Source: Toensbergia leucococca (lineage: Eukaryota). From it: a stretch of 64,000 nucleotides of DNA. The position numbers and the translations under genes were made by a program. Where the stretch lies: the NCBI GenBank assembly GCA_022813965.1, contig JALDZS010000033.1, positions 62,001-126,000 on the forward strand, in the 5' to 3' direction. Below, one piece after another: positions 11,233 through 25,631 of this stretch. Within the stretch, counting starts at the first letter, position 1. Every line of letters starts with the position of its first letter. The notes under the pieces are model-generated. The model was not told where the DNA came from, did not search any database, and worked only from the letters and a program-made list of their open reading frames with translations.

Positions 11233-13321
11233 GGTGGGCGATTATTGAGTAAGGGTGGCAGGTAGAAAATTGATACGAATGGAAGTGAACAATGCTTCTG
11301 AGTTAGGATTTTGGATGGTGTTGAGAAATAATACAACTGAATCTCAATGGGGGATTGGAATATATAGACTTTCCTATTGCTAAGACTCAATGCAGTTGTC
11401 GTCATCTCTTTATATGATGCCATAGATCGGCGTTTAGAATCTTGGAAGCTTCGCAGCTCTTTCTTGTGCCGACTCCTATTCTAGTAATGACTCGTCAAAA
11501 CCTACTACCTTCGAGACAAGGGGGAAGTCCTGAGCAGCGGATATGGAGTTTTGCCCTGCTAGTCAGCTATGCAGTAATACCCCCGTTATTTCTTAGAGCA
11601 CAACCCGGAGATGACATGATACAAAAAGCGCTTGCTACAGAAGGTTGCGGATAAAGCAACCGAGGTGTATCGCGGTATTTACATCCACGTCTGGTAGAAC
11701 GTGCATGCAGTCGGTGCAGTAGGTTCTGAAGTCTTATGTCTGATGCGCACCCTTGGTAGACATTATCGTCAAGGATAGAATGCCCCTATCCACGGAGCTC
11801 ATCACCATCCACGGATCGCAAATATTCACCAAAGGCGTGCAACATATCTATTGACGTACAACCAGTAAATTATGCTGTACTAGAAGTCCCAATGCGGTGC
11901 TAAAGAGATTGAGCGCACCTATCATCACAGCGTCGTGTAAGAGGCGAGGGAAGACTTGGTCAGGAACGGGGATCGACGTTTTTTGACAGGGCGTATCTTG
12001 AGCTAGAAATAGCAATGCTGGAACATTCACTAGCAACGAGTCGGCTCAATCTCGCCAAGGGCCCTTGAACTAATGACGAGAAACAGGCCTGGTGGATGAT
12101 GTGTAATTGGACTATTCTTCTGTAGCTCGTAGGATTTAGACAAGGCCCGACGAGCAAGAAATACATAACCCCAGGATGCAGTAGATGAACCATTTGCCGC
12201 TTGCTCCAGGATTGAGATGAGCCAATAACAAAGAACCCATGTTTCCTTGATCGAGGCACTCCACATGAGGAGGATGACAGATGACAAAACCTCAAGCCTC
12301 AAGCCTTGGGTTTTTGAGTATGCAAAGCAGAGTAAACAAGACTGACGGATACGAAAGAGAGACACAGCTGATTAAAGTTGATTGGTTTGCTTATGATGGA
12401 TCGTGGCCGTCGTCCCGACCCCATGAATGGAAGAACGCTATTTGCGGGTAAGAAACGGTGTGGCGTCCGGCAATTTGAAGTTGGAGAGACATCTCGAGCT
12501 CGTTTGGGAAGCGAACCGCATCAGTGGCTTTTGACAAAGTGACAAGAGCCTCGGATTACAGGCTTACCTTACAGTCACACTACGACTACCTTCACCACTT
12601 CGTGCCCCAAGCTGATCTTCAAGACCAGGGCCTCAGACTGGTAATTTCAGCTACCTAACTCATATGAGGCTAGCATTTTCTGATGCTTGCAGCAGCCGGA
12701 AGAGCAAGCCGTGACTGCCTATTTAAATTCGCAAATCGCAACAGGGATGGAGAACCACAGCATTGACTGGGGGTCAGACTAAGGTAGGTACGAGATTTCA
12801 ACACTCACTCCTCGCTCGAACATGACAAAATCACAAAGTCATGGCACTGGTCACTCCAATGGCTTTTCTTTCGTGAGAAGATTGATCTTTGGACAGCCAT
12901 AAGCCATCCCGTATCGCCGTAGAGCAAGACATTTGCCTCCCTGCCGTTCTAGCTAATACAAAGACGAGCCAGCACATTATGACGTGCAGAATGATGTGGC
13001 TCCGACAACATAGAGCCAGTGCAAGCACAAGCAACCTCTATGATACACATCCCTGACCGCAACTTTCGAGAAAAGAGGCCTACAAGCCCAGCACTGCTGA
13101 GGCCCTGGCTCGCAACATGTAGCGCATTGCTATTATCAACATAGTAATGCAGTGAGCTATCAAACTTTTGATGAGTGAAACAGTCCATCGATCTAGTAGA
13201 ATGGCACTCCGAGATCAAAGCCAAAGAAACCATCAGTCACTATGAATAGCACCAATCAGCCGTAAGTACATATCTGAGGGATTTGCGCAAACTCACGTGG
13301 TCGACTCGTAAGAACCATGCT

Positions 13322-15944
13322 TTATGACTGAACGCCCTCAGCTTGACCCTCGGTAGGTTGCTCTTCGGATTTGCTAGGCTCGGCTGGTCCAGAAACCTCC
13401 TTTTCCTTGGTCTTGACATACTCATCATAGACAGTGAGGGCTTCGTCGACCTTTTCACGCAATTTATCGTCGTCGCTGATGCTGAAAAAAAGTCAGCGCT
13501 ATATACATCTTAACTTAAAGGCATACGTTACTCACAGTCCTATTAATTCCGAGTTATCCATCTCCAACAGCATACCCGTGATTTTGCCAGCCAGTTCAGG
13601 TTGAGTAATCTGGATCTTTGGATACAGAGCTTCGCCTATCACTTGTTTTTGTGTAGTTGGCGGCGCTGAGGCCAACGACTCCATATTCAGAGGCAAGCCA
13701 CCGGCTCCAGCTGGTTGCATCATATTTGGCTGGCCCATTGAGGGGCCCATAGGACCACGAGATTGTGGTGGGAATCCACCCATTTGCCCAGGCTGCTGCA
13801 TACCCATGCCCATGTTCATACCACCTCGGCCAGGTTGAACGGGATACTGTGGACGACCGTCTCTTCCACGCATTCCTTGGAGACCAACCATTTGGGGAGG
13901 AATGGCTTGCATTCCCTGCATACCCTGCATCTGTCCACGCCCGGTTTGGCCGCCGCGCCCCAGAGCTTGCACTTGAGCTATAGCCTGAGGATAATTTATA
14001 CCATTAGCAAATCCTCCGGGACCACCTTGAGGCATTGCGCTAAAGGGCATTTGTCCAGGAACTCCAAATGCGTTTGGTGGGATTTGTTGAGCGTTGTTTG
14101 AAGCACCGCGACCCCCCTGCTGAGCTTGCATGCCAGGAAATTGGCCAGGTCGGGCGCCTTGTAAACCAGGTAGTATCATGCCTTGCTGGGGTGCAAAAGG
14201 TATTCCAGCACGACCAGCTGCATTAGGTGGCATGAAACCAGGCTGCTGGCCTGGACCATAGAACATCGCCGGGGGTACGAATTGCTGTTGATCTGTCAGC
14301 AGAAGAAACTTTGAAGCAGTGGAATGTAATCTCTGACGAACCTGTTGTGGCATACCAGCTGCAGCCGCAGCCTGTTGCATGCGAATCTGGTTGCGTGCCT
14401 GAATACTTGCTTCCAACTATGCGGTATCGCATCAGCAAGTGTACTCTGGAATGGCCCAGGACTTGTAAACCTACCTGATTCTTACGAACGTCCTTACGCT
14501 GCGCTAAGGCAACATACAACGGCTTACCATGAACTAATCGCTGGTTCAACTCTGTCACAGCTTTGGTGGCTTCATCAGGGTTGCTGAAACAGACAAAGCC
14601 GAAACCCTTGCTCTTGCCGAGAGACTTCTTAGAAGGTCTAGCATTCTCCTTCTTGGCATCCTCGTCTTTTTTATCCACGGTCTTCTCGCCATCTTCAGAG
14701 CTATCTTCTTTCCCGGGCGCTGCTTTGCTCTCCTTCTCTCTGTCAGTGTCTGGAGATTCGCTTCTCTCGAGCCCAGTGTCGCGCATGACCTTCGCCGAGG
14801 TGATAGTTCCAGATGCAGCAAATATCTCGCGAAGTTGTTCATCGTCAATATCGTCAGCCAAATTCTTAACGTATAGATTCACACCCTGATATTTGGATGC
14901 TTTCTCTACGCGAGCCGCTTCATGCTGCTTGCGTAGCTCCTCTTCACGTTCATGCTTCTTCTGTGCGCGACCGACGTAGAGAACCTGACCCATGAAGTCC
15001 TTGTCATGGAGCTCCTCCACCGACGTGGAAGCGTCTTCGTGCCTCACATAGTTAACAAAACCAAAGCCACGGCTCTTGCCGGTGTCTGGATCTCTCGTCA
15101 ACGAAGCGGAGGAGATTTCACCGTATTGCTCGAACAATTTGCGGAAATCGTCATCAGTGACTTCGGGTTCGACATTTTTAACGTATATGTTGGTGAAATT
15201 TGCCTTCATCTCTTCGAACTTACTCTCTCTATCTTTCCTAGGAATATGATGCCCAACAAAAACCTTTTTTTCATTTAGCAACATGCCGTTAACATGCTTA
15301 ATGGCTTGGGTCGCTGCCTCTCCAGTTTCGTAGTGGACGAAACCATATCCTTTGGAATTACCAAATTCGTCCTGCGCAACCTTGCAACTAAGAATGTTAC
15401 CGAAAGCAGCAAAAGTGTCATGTAACGCTTTGTTGTCGATGGCGGTATCTAAGTTCTTGATAAAGACATTTCCTTGTCCAGTTTTACGTAAAGCAGGATC
15501 GCGCTGAGACCACATGATACGACTTGGACGACCTTTGATGATGGTGTAATTCAGCTCTTCCAAAGCTTTCTCTCCATCGGCAGTGTTATTGTAGTTGACG
15601 TAGGCATAGCCAAGGGATCGACGAGTGACAGCGTCACGACAAACACGAATAGAGGCCACTTGTCCGATCGAAGAAAATAGCTCGAAAAGCATAGCTTCGG
15701 TCACTGCAGGATCCAGTTCACCAACGTACAGTGAAGCGGAGTGGGGTTGATTGGTGCCACCCGGCGCCGCGGATGTCGGGGTTGGGGCGGCATCAGGGTC
15801 AGTGGGTGTTTGAACCGAACTAACATTAGTGTTGAGTGTAGTTCCATTAGTGGTAGCACCATTACTGGCAGAAGTCGTTTGGTCATCGATGGACAATTTA
15901 TCCAAGGAAGGCATTGCACCAGCTGGAGCAACCTCGGCGGACAT
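13322..15944 (-). CDS. PAB1: Polyadenylate-binding protein, cytoplasmic and nuclear
   Basis: Four RRMs ([40 protein letters not shown]), a Q/G/M/P-rich linker and an MLLE domain ([14 protein letters not shown]). Introns are 14417-14474, 14285-14341 and 13482-13535, plus a 5'UTR intron at about 15960-16058. Stop at 13322-13324. Confidence 0.97.
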
Positions 15945-16832
15945 GATGGCGAATATGTGCTAGTAACATTAATCAGTGAGGGGGGAAGCTGAGAAAGACA
16001 TTTGAGCAGCAAAGGGAAGACAAGATACATGGGAACAAAGAAAAGATCACTAACGTACTAAGATTTCTTGTAAGCTCCTACTCAAGCTGAGATGAGATGG
16101 GAGATTAAATATCTGGAGTAATGATCGGAATTTAGTGGATGGATGAGTGAAGTAGCTGTTTCTTTGGGAAGCTCGACGTCAGGCGCAAGATGTTAGAAAA
16201 TCTTGAGCTTGTGACTTGAGGAGAGTTGGCGGGTCAAATGCCAGTTCCTGGTCGGCTTGGGGTTTTCAAGTGTTTTCAAGTTTTTTTGGCTTTGTTACGA
16301 GGTGTTTCTGAAAGGGGAGGGGGCAATAGATAAGGGAACAGGTGTTGCGCGGCGTTCACCAAGAGGTCGGGTGAGATGTCGTGGTGTTGAAAAAGTTGGA
16401 GTGGAAGGGAAATTTCCTATCAGGCGCGCTAGCGCTAAAGTAGCGCCGATCCTTCTGATACTTTAAAGTGCATCGCCGTTCTCTCAGTCCTATTTGTGTT
16501 CTTGTACATACTCTACGGGGCATAAGAACCTCACCCTGACGCAGTCGCTGCTCGAGGGAGGTATCTCACCTCTTTGAATTGTCTATCTAATCAGTTTTCG
16601 CTGTATATCCTCACTGCTGCAGTGAAACAAACTTCAGAGGCCGTTGACTCATGACCATCAGACTTTGCTATTTGTACATCGAAGAGCCATAATTTTGCCA
16701 GGACGCCGTTATTGTGATGCGACGTGTTCTCGTCACAGGGACTTATCATTACTTCAAACCTTGATGCCGCTAAAGCCAAATAGAGACAATGTCAACGCTA
16801 CGAGTAACGAAAAGACCCAAAGAAAGGAGACT

Positions 16833-19800
16833 CTAGCTGAGATTAAAGCCAGCGCCTGCATTGACGGCATACAGTAGTCGATCTCTCAAAATCTCCGCTG
16901 TTGCATATATTGGGAGTTTGAGTAGATTGACGCATGTGCTAGTGCTGGGCAGTCGAGTCTGGTCGTTCCCTGAGTCCCTAATACTGAACCGTGGATTCAA
17001 TTGGTCGAAGCCGAGCAAAGGTGCTCGTGGCGTCGAAGTCACGAACTTGAGTACTTTCCGGCGATCTTCGTCAGACAGCGCTTGCATCACTTTCCAGAAT
17101 ATTTTCACAGAAGGGTGCTCTTCCAAATCGTTTCCTATCACATAAACGCCGCCGTAAAGGGTGTTTCTTCGGAGATCGGAAATGTCAATCTCTGAAGAGT
17201 CACCTCCAACAAGAGTCTGAAGTTCAGACTGATTAAACATCGACAGCCATGAGGGTGAAATGATGTCACCGAGTCCACGGAGGAAAGCACTTGTTTGCAA
17301 ATGCGGCTGAACCTGCAAGCGATGCCTAGCTATGTATGAGATATAGACAAGTCTATTCTCGTTGGTGACGGCTATCTCGGATCCGTTTGGACGTAATTCG
17401 CGCGTGATGGTCCTTTTCGCAGGTTGGTCATCCTTAGTGTGCGCAGAAATAACATCTGTGACAGCAAAGTTTAAACAAAAATCTTCTACGTTGCCTGGAT
17501 AGTTCTTTAATTGAAGCTAGAAGAGACGTCAGTAACAGCATGTACTGAACAATGGAATGATCTACTTACAAGACCCTGATACAATCCTTCGTCCAGGTCT
17601 CGAAGGTCATTGATGTTGGCACGATAGCTTGACTCCTTTGTAGCCGATCCAGATCCTCCGGTCAAAGCCCATTTGAGCAAGAAGAATCCGGCAAAATGTA
17701 TATCTACGAGAATGCCTTCATACAGACATTTGCCTATAACACGTCCAAGGAACTCGTATCTTCGTAACAGATCCCGCATTGGCTCGTTCCAGTCTGCAGA
17801 GCCTTCCTTGAATCCTGCTTGTCTGAGGATGTCCTTGCGTTCGTCTATAGCAGAAGGGTTCGGGTACAGAAGATGCTGATCGTTTTCAACAAATAGATCT
17901 GGACCAGTCTTCGGATTGAAGGCTTCACTGGTTATACTGGTGAGAAATTCTTTTGTCACACCTCCCCCGTCGATACCGGCCTCGACTGTATCAAATTTGT
18001 CGACAAAGGTAATTTGAATTGGCTCTTTGAGGCCTTCACCTAAATCGTAGAATTGCGCCAACGCATCATCAAATATACTTTCTCGTCGAACTTTAGCTCG
18101 GTGTCTGCTTATCGTGTCACGCCCTGAGGCGTTGTTCATTACAGAGAATCTCCACTCATCCGCATCTACGACGCCTCTCCTTCTTATTTGATCTAACATG
18201 ACAAATTCGCGGAAAATTTGCACACGAGTGGCGAAAGGAATGAAGAATGGCATGTTTTGCAGTATTTCCAACCGGGGTGTGATGGACTCAAGGTATTTTC
18301 TTCTCGAGGCTTTGCGCTGTTGTCTCTTCAGACGCTCAATATTTCGGACCTGTTGCGTTCGTTGCGTGCCGATAAGGTGGTCAGAAATTACCTCAACTTC
18401 ATCTATGTCAGCTTCCAGCCCGTCGCCATCTGCGTCGTTCGCCTCTTGTATTTGATGCCTGTGTTCCTCTTCTGCAACCACGGCGGAAGTAAAGCCTTCC
18501 ATGTCAAACCATCTTGTCATTAGCCAATGATCGTTGGGTAAAAATTTCCGGCGTGAGCTTGCTATCGTCAGTTTGAGAACCTAATATAGACAACATTATT
18601 GGATGAAAGGACTCACTCGCGTTCGTATATCATGCGTAGCAAGCCAGTGACCATGCCTTTCATGTAATTCAATGTCATACCATTCACCCCAGCAATTGTG
18701 ACTTCCTCAATTTTGGATGACATGGCATCTTTACGAGTCTCAGGCACAGAGCCGCTAATGTTACTGAAATACTCTGCGATGCTGCTCATGGTTTCGGCCT
18801 CCTCGATTCCAGTCATCGCCGAAGCATTCCAGTACATCGAGAAAGCAAGGTTCTTCAGAAACTTTGTCAAATCCTTTACACCTTCGAGAGATAAAGCGCT
18901 TTGCCGTGTCCATGATTGCTGAACGTTAGGTAGCGAAGCTCCAGAGAGAAATTCTTCATCATCCATTACCTTCAGAACGAATGTGTAGAGTTCCAAAAAA
19001 AGTAGAATTATTCTCCATTCCTGATCTCTAGCCTCTCTCGTGAGCTGCGAAGCATGCGAAGCAGGTCTCTGGGAAGATTTCTTAGCCGCATCTGGTGCTA
19101 GCAAGTCAATTGCTTCACGAGGATCCTTGCTGATAAGTGCATAAGCTTTCGTGTTGTTGACTGCCTGCCAGAAGTATTTGATTGCTGGAAGTCTATTCTT
19201 CAGATAGTCACCCTCAATAGATTGTCTTGAAGCTGATCCTAAATATAGCCACATTCGAATTTCATCACCCCTACGTGGAAAGACTCTTAGGAGAGTGAGA
19301 GCATAACTTGCTAGAGCAGATGCCTGACTCGAGGATTTAGGTCCTTCGTCGATCGAGGTCGGGCTAATTTCTGAATGAGCTAGAAGACTAGTGACGCTTT
19401 GTTGGTTTACCAGATTTAGAATCTGATCGCGTACGAAGCCGGGCAATGGTTGATCAAGGCGCTGGGATGATTCGGACACGTGATGATCTACCGGAGGCGA
19501 GTCTCCTTGGATTTCTATGCGTAATCCAATGTCTTCTGCGAGATACGATATAAGCCTTGATACGGCTTTTACGTATTCAGGGTCAGGAGCCTCCGTCAAT
19601 TTAGCTAATCCATGTGCTGAGCGGCGAAAGAAGATGAAATATGCCAAAAGCCAGATGAGCTCCTCACGGCTTTTTAGTTCTAGGAGGTTTTTTTCTAAGA
19701 GACCTGTGAGTGCGCAAGCGAGCATTTTGTAGTTCAGACCATGGGCAATAGGATCTAGGCTCCCAATGAAAGTCGGGAGATTAGGGATAGTAAGGAATTC

Positions 19801-20580
19801 ACTTGCGAACCCCTGATATGCTGAGACCGTGACGGCCGAGATATGTTGGAGAAGGCCAAGAATGGTTTTTTCGAGTAGAAGGCAATGAAGCGGGTTTTGG
19901 TTGTTCAGGCTTATAGCAGTCTCCGCAAGGGCCTGGAAGAAAAATTGGGAATACAGAGTGATCTGCTGTGGTATGGCGGTGGCTAAAATTGAAAGCAGAG
20001 ACATGAATTCCGTCTTGTACTCCTGACCCAAAGGACACCTTCTGTACTGCTGCAAAGTAGCAGCAGAAAGTCTGGCAAGGCGTAGCAAAGGCCATTTCCA
20101 TGAATCCTCCGAACATCTGATTTGCAGTGAGTGCAGAGAGCGGATAAACCTGGGAACGAAGATATGTAGTCTTTGGATGTCATCACCCTGAGCAGAAGCA
20201 AATTGCACGAGTAGTCTCAATTGCATTAAACATTCTTCTTGGGAATCATACGGTCTTGCCACCTTATTGGCATTTGTAGTGCCTTCATCCGCCCCTTCGA
20301 TCCATTTATTAGCTCGAGCATGTGCTTCTTTCCAATCCCATTCCGCTCTCCAACTCTTCCGAGTCTCTTGACGACTTCTATGTCCTCGCCAAGTTTTTTG
20401 TATTCTCTGTGCGGCGGGTGGGCGTTCTCTTTCTTGCTGCCTCCAAAGCCTCTCTCGTTGAGCTTGAGCAAGAGCGTTTTGGGTGTTCTGAGCCGAGACG
20501 GCAGCAAAAGGGTTGGAACTTCTACCGGACAGGTTTACTTGTCGACGAGGGCGAGAGCTCCCAGTGAATGAAGGAAACAT
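16833..20580 (-). CDS. HUL5: IQ + HECT domain E3 ubiquitin ligase (Hul5/UBE3C family)
   Basis: N-terminal FTGSSRPRRQVNLSGR and IQ motif (IQKTWRGH). HECT motifs EAGIDGGGVTKEFL, LKFVTS and RLPSTSTCVNLLKLP..GAGFNLS*. Introns 18558-18616 and 17517-17569. Confidence 0.93.
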
Positions 20581-21283
20581 ACTGGTGCCTTATTTGGAGA
20601 AATCGCAAGAGGTAGACTGGTGAGAAAATTCAGTAGAGACTTGGGCTCCTCATACCAGTCGGGAAGATCATGGCTGGACGGGAGGGGCAGAGAAGCTATG
20701 GCATGCTACACTGACTGACTTAGGATATAGGAAGGTTGAAAGCGCTCTCGACAAGTTCGCTTACATGTGGCAACGGCCACCATTCTGACAGGAAGTGAAG
20801 ACGAAATATACACATTACTTGTTTTGCTTACAATCATTGTTTCATTGGGCACAGTATTTTGCATGAGTAGATTTTCGAGTAATGCAAGTATTTATGACCT
20901 TGCTTTCTCTTTATATTGATACCCACATCCGTATTCCATCCGCAACTTAGCAGTCCCTATGAATGAGATCAATTCTCAAGGGGAAAAGGCATTTCAATCC
21001 CGAGAGATTTTGCAGCACAATTCCCGCTATCCTCCAGCTGCCCTCAAGTTTCGACCGCAGTCGTACCCGAAGTATGGATTCTGTGCAAGTAGCGGATGGC
21101 CAAATTTAGGGCTCCATCAAGCTATCCCAAATGCCACACTCCCACCGGGCGAACGTACTCAGCCCCATAAGCCTCGCAGGTAATCCCATCAAGCAGCGCC
21201 GAGCGATGTCCGCAAGGTAGTGGAGCGATGCGCGTCGACGATGCACATGGTCTTCCACCTAAGGTATCACACAGCCTGACATC

Positions 21284-21652
21284 TTAGTCTACCCCGTTCT
21301 CCTGCTTCCATCGATTGAGGTATATATCTCCACTTAGTCCACCTTGGGGGTCGTTGCCAAAGTCACCTCTCAGCGACCTCATCTTTTTGGTGACAAAGGG
21401 CGTAAGCTGTAGGTACGGTGTCAGAGTTGAAGGTGAACATTGTATGGTAGGTAAGAGTACCTTGAAGTCTTTCAAGTTCATCGGCACGACATATGTTCGA
21501 ACCTTTTTCCACTCGATAATATAACCTCCATGCCTAGTATGTCGACCCATGGATCCACTGCCTGTACCTTTGTAATAGCCACCATTGACTTGTTTGGTGG
21601 TAAGAGCTAGACGTCGCAGTCGTCTGAAAAGGGGTTGGGTAGGCTTGAACAT
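21284..21652 (-). CDS. MRPL27: Mitochondrial 54S ribosomal protein L27 (mL41)
   Basis: [48 protein letters not shown], with an in-frame 54-nt intron at 21407-21460. Confidence 0.92.
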   Translation of the reverse strand: MFKPTQPLFRRLRRLALTTKQVNGGYYKGTGSGSMGRHTRHGGYIIEWKKVRTYVVPMNLKDFKVLLPTIQCSPSTLTPYLQLTPFVTKKMRSLRGDFGNDPQGGLSGDIYLNRWKQENGVD

Positions 21653-21944
21653 GATAGTGGTAGCTTCCGATTACCACTGAATATTTTGAGTTGAATGCAC
21701 CCGCAAGTCACAGAAGAAGGAACCTGCATTTCAACAGCGAGACAGCGTGACAGGGTCTGGAAGTAATCGATATTAGCGTCGGCTCGGCAGTCGGCACTAG
21801 AATACTCCGTATATCCTACCCCAGTGTCGATCATCTCCACGTTCACTTAAAATCGAAAGGTCCAAAAATCATGTCGTTAGCATTTCATCTCAGCTGCACT
21901 TTCTACACTTTGACATGAGCTCTTAGAAGTCGCATAATCTGACA

Positions 21945-24900
21945 ATGCCTGGGAGGAAGTCAACAGCGGTACTCCCTGTCAAAAAAAGAAAAGCCAAGAA
22001 GCAAACACAAAAACGCTCACTCGATGCCTTGGCCATAGCAGAGGAGCAAAATCAGGAACGAGTTAAGATCCGCAAGAACCGATTAGGTGCCACAGAGCCT
22101 GAGAGCGTTCAACTGAAGAGAAAGATTCCGCGGGAGGACTCCGACGAGGAGGACATTGGAAACGAGGCGAAGAGGCGAAGAGCCGGGGCAAAAGATCGTT
22201 TTGGCAATAAAGTTGAGATCGGTAGTGATAGCGACGGAAACCAATGGACCCTGGGCCAGGTTGAAAGCGAAAATGACAGTGATCTGGATAGTGAGGAAGC
22301 TTTTGGTGAGAGCGATGAAGATAGATTCGAAGGCTTCACATTTCGGGGTGCAGATACTACAAATTCGGCGGAGTCTGGTATGAGACGTACAACAGACGTT
22401 CTTATACACGGTGATGAACCCATTGTGATTGATCTAAACGAAAAGTCAGATGATTTTGGCACATTGGCTGAGGAGAGCGATGATTTTGGAGAAGAAGCCG
22501 TTGACTTGGCAGCTATGCTCGATGCCAGCGACGAGGAAGTAAATGCCCGACCGCGCTCAAATACTTCAAAACGACTTGAGGAGATTCCAGGAGCAGAAGA
22601 CGATGAAAACCCTACAGATACTGAATCATCCATCGACGATCGGAACTCCGCACTCTCTTACTCGGAGGACGACGAGGATGCTACGTTCTCCATGAAGCTT
22701 TCTAAGTTGCAGGCATTTGTCTCCTCTATAAATGCTCAAGATCAGGCTTCGTCTAACCATCAGAAATCTGTCAACTACGCTCATGAATCAATCACTCCTT
22801 CTGAATTTGGCATCAATTCAAGGCAAAAGCTCACAGTTACTGACCTCCTTCCTTCGGTCACAGATCCTCGTCTTAAGAAATCACTCAAACTTTTAGCTAG
22901 CAATGACTCAAAGACATCTGGAAAGCGTAATGGCATACCTAAGAAACTGGATGTACCACTTGCAAAGAGGCAACAGGACCGATTGGATCGAACGGCTGCT
23001 TATGAGAAGAGCAAAGAAACCCTTAATCGATGGATCGACACAGTAAAATACAATCGAAGGGCTGAGCACCTCTTCTTCCCTTTACAAGACAAGAATTCAG
23101 TTGCAGCTCAGGGTTCGGAACGCCTACTTCCTGCTACACAATCACAAGCTATGAATGATCTTGAGAACGTCATACAAAACATTTTAAAAGATAGTGGGCT
23201 GGCCCCTGTAGATGGTAAGTCTGAAGAGGAGCAGCTGCAAGCGTTTGAGGAACTTCAAACAAATAGAATGCCACTCGAAGAAGTTCAAGCACGAAGGGCA
23301 GAATTGAGGAAGGCTCGGGAATTGTTATTTCGAGAAGAAATTCGTGCTAAGAGGATAAAGAAAATCAAAAGTAAATCATACAGACGTATACATCGGAGAG
23401 AGCGGGACAAGAATCTGCAGCAAGAGAAAGAGGGCTTCAAAGATGCTGGATTGCTTGATTCCGAAGAGGAGCAGGAATGTAATGATCGGCGGCGGGCGGA
23501 GGAGAGGATGGGCGCTCGCCACCGAGAGGGCAAATGGGCAAGGAGCGTGAAGGATAGTGGGAGAGCCGCCTGGGATGAAGATGCTCGCACTGGAGTCACT
23601 GAAATGGCGAGAAGGGGAGAAGAATTAAAAAGGAGGATCGAGGGCAAGGAAGATGTTATAGCTGATGATGGCTCGATTATGTCTAGGAGTGAGTCTAGCG
23701 AAGGGGAGGACGACGAGGGCGAAGAGAAGGACCGGAGAGGCATCATGAAGCTTGAAAGTCGCTTGCAACGACTTCATGATCGCGAGAACTCCATCTCTGG
23801 AGCACGAGGCGCTAGATCTGGATTATCATCGATGAAATTCATGATAAATGCTGAAGCTGCGCAGAAAGACCGGAACGATGCCGATGTGGAAAGACTGCGT
23901 AAAGAAATAGCCGGTGAGGACTCGGCCAGCGAACCCGAATCGATCCAAGGGCCGGGTCGGAGGTCATATGGACCATCTTCAAACATCACCTCAACTACTC
24001 AAAGGTTTCCGACAGAACAGAGAGATGAATTCGAAGAAAGGCAAACTTCAGTGGACGACGACGAGATTACACTCCGAACAGACGCAGAGATGATTCCAGA
24101 CACAGCCGTCGCTAAAGTCAATAGATTTGTAACGAAAACCTCACCTGCCAATCCACTTCGTTCGCGAAAAAATCGGCCCTTGGTACATGAGTTAGCCTTG
24201 GAGAGCGTCGACAATCCATGGTTGTCAAATAACAACAAGAAGTCCAGCAAGAGCAAGAAGCTACCGCTAGACTCTCGTGCTCCTGCAATCATATCAAATT
24301 TTGTAGCCACAGATCCAATAGAGGTCCGTGGCAGCAAGAGAACTCCGCGCTCTGCCTTAAAGGGTTCTCGAGAAGGCGAAAAGGCTCAGGAAAACATTCA
24401 GCTCTTGGAAACCCAGGCAGCTCTATCCGATCCAGACAGTGATCAAGGCGATGAAGAGCCTAGCAAACAACCATTCGTGCTACGCAACCAAGAGCTAATC
24501 CGCAAAGCTTTCGCAGGTGATGAAGTTGTCACAGACTTTGAGAATGAAAAACGCGAGACGATACATGCGGAAGATGAAAAGGTTGTCGACAACACGCTAC
24601 CAGGATGGGGGAATTGGACTGGTGCTGGCTTGAGCAAAAAAGAGCAGAAGCGGAATAAGGGCAGATTCATGACAAAAGTGGAGGGCATCAAGGAAGACAA
24701 ACGCCAGGATGCGAAGCTGGACCGGGTCATCATTAACGAGAAACGCGTTAAGAAGGTTTGTCACTCATGCTGAGGATTTTAATTGATCCCTTCGCCGACC
24801 ACTAATCTATCCTCAGAATGTTAGATATCTAGCTTCCAGTCTCCCTCACCCGTTCGAAACAAGGCAGCAATACGAGCGATCATTACGGCTACCTGTCGGC

Positions 24901-24999
24901 CCCGAGTGGACTACGAAAGAAACATTTCAATCTGCGACCAAACCTCGGGTTTTGATGAAGCAGGGTATCATCGCGCCGATGGAGAAGCCTATGATCTGA
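21945..24999 (+). CDS. UTP14: U3 snoRNP / SSU processome protein Utp14
   Basis: Motifs LDRTAAYEKSKETLNRW, KRIKKIKSKSYRRI, RRRAEERMGARH and TLPGWGNWTGAG. After intron 24756-24816 it reads YLASSLPHPFETRQQYERSLRLPVGPEW..*. Confidence 0.95.
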
Positions 25000-25631
25000 T
25001 GCCCAGAATGCGCTCATAGCGAAGAGGGCACATACGGAGTCTTTATGTAGCTCACTTGTGTAGGCTTTCTCCGGAAACAGCCTAATTAGGCGGTCAATCC
25101 TGCTGATCATAACCTCATGCCAAGGACCCCCCAATTCGACACTCCTGCCACGTAATGCTGCTTGTCCATACCTTACAAGATCCACCAAGTAACTCACAAA
25201 CACGCTCATCCTCGAAGCACCCTCACTACCTTCAGCCAGACGCTATATTTCATCTTCCACCTACTCTCTCTACTCCTTCCGCGCCCTATAGAAATTGCTC
25301 TGCCCATTTCTCAAATGACGAGTTCACCCATCTACTCCCAAGCTCCTGGCATTTAATGAAGGTGTTGTTCCAAGCTACGGAAGGTGACTGGTTGTTTGAA
25401 GAGATAAAGTCTTGTTGGTAAGACTCTGTGATGGAGAAAGCGAGGCATGAATGTTTCAAGGTAGAGTCAGAGGTCACGATGAAGGAAGCGGAGCTAGAAA
25501 GCAGTATATAAAAGCTCAGTGCTTGTTCCACCTCACTCACACAATTTTCATCAAACTCTTTGTTCAGTCCACAGCCACAATCAACCCATCTTTCTCGACG
25601 CCATCCACAACTCAAAACTATCCCACGAAAG

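Noticed and set aside
11450..13250. Short ORFs and possible structured or self-splicing RNA between the secreted-protein gene and PAB1
   Set aside because: I found no recognisable domain, group I core, snRNA or riboswitch motif. It is probably promoter plus PAB1 3'UTR.
18558..18564. Tandem TAG/AAG acceptors in a HUL5 intron
   Set aside because: The TAG is too close to the branch site and is frameshifting. The AAG restores the frame, so this is ordinary splicing.
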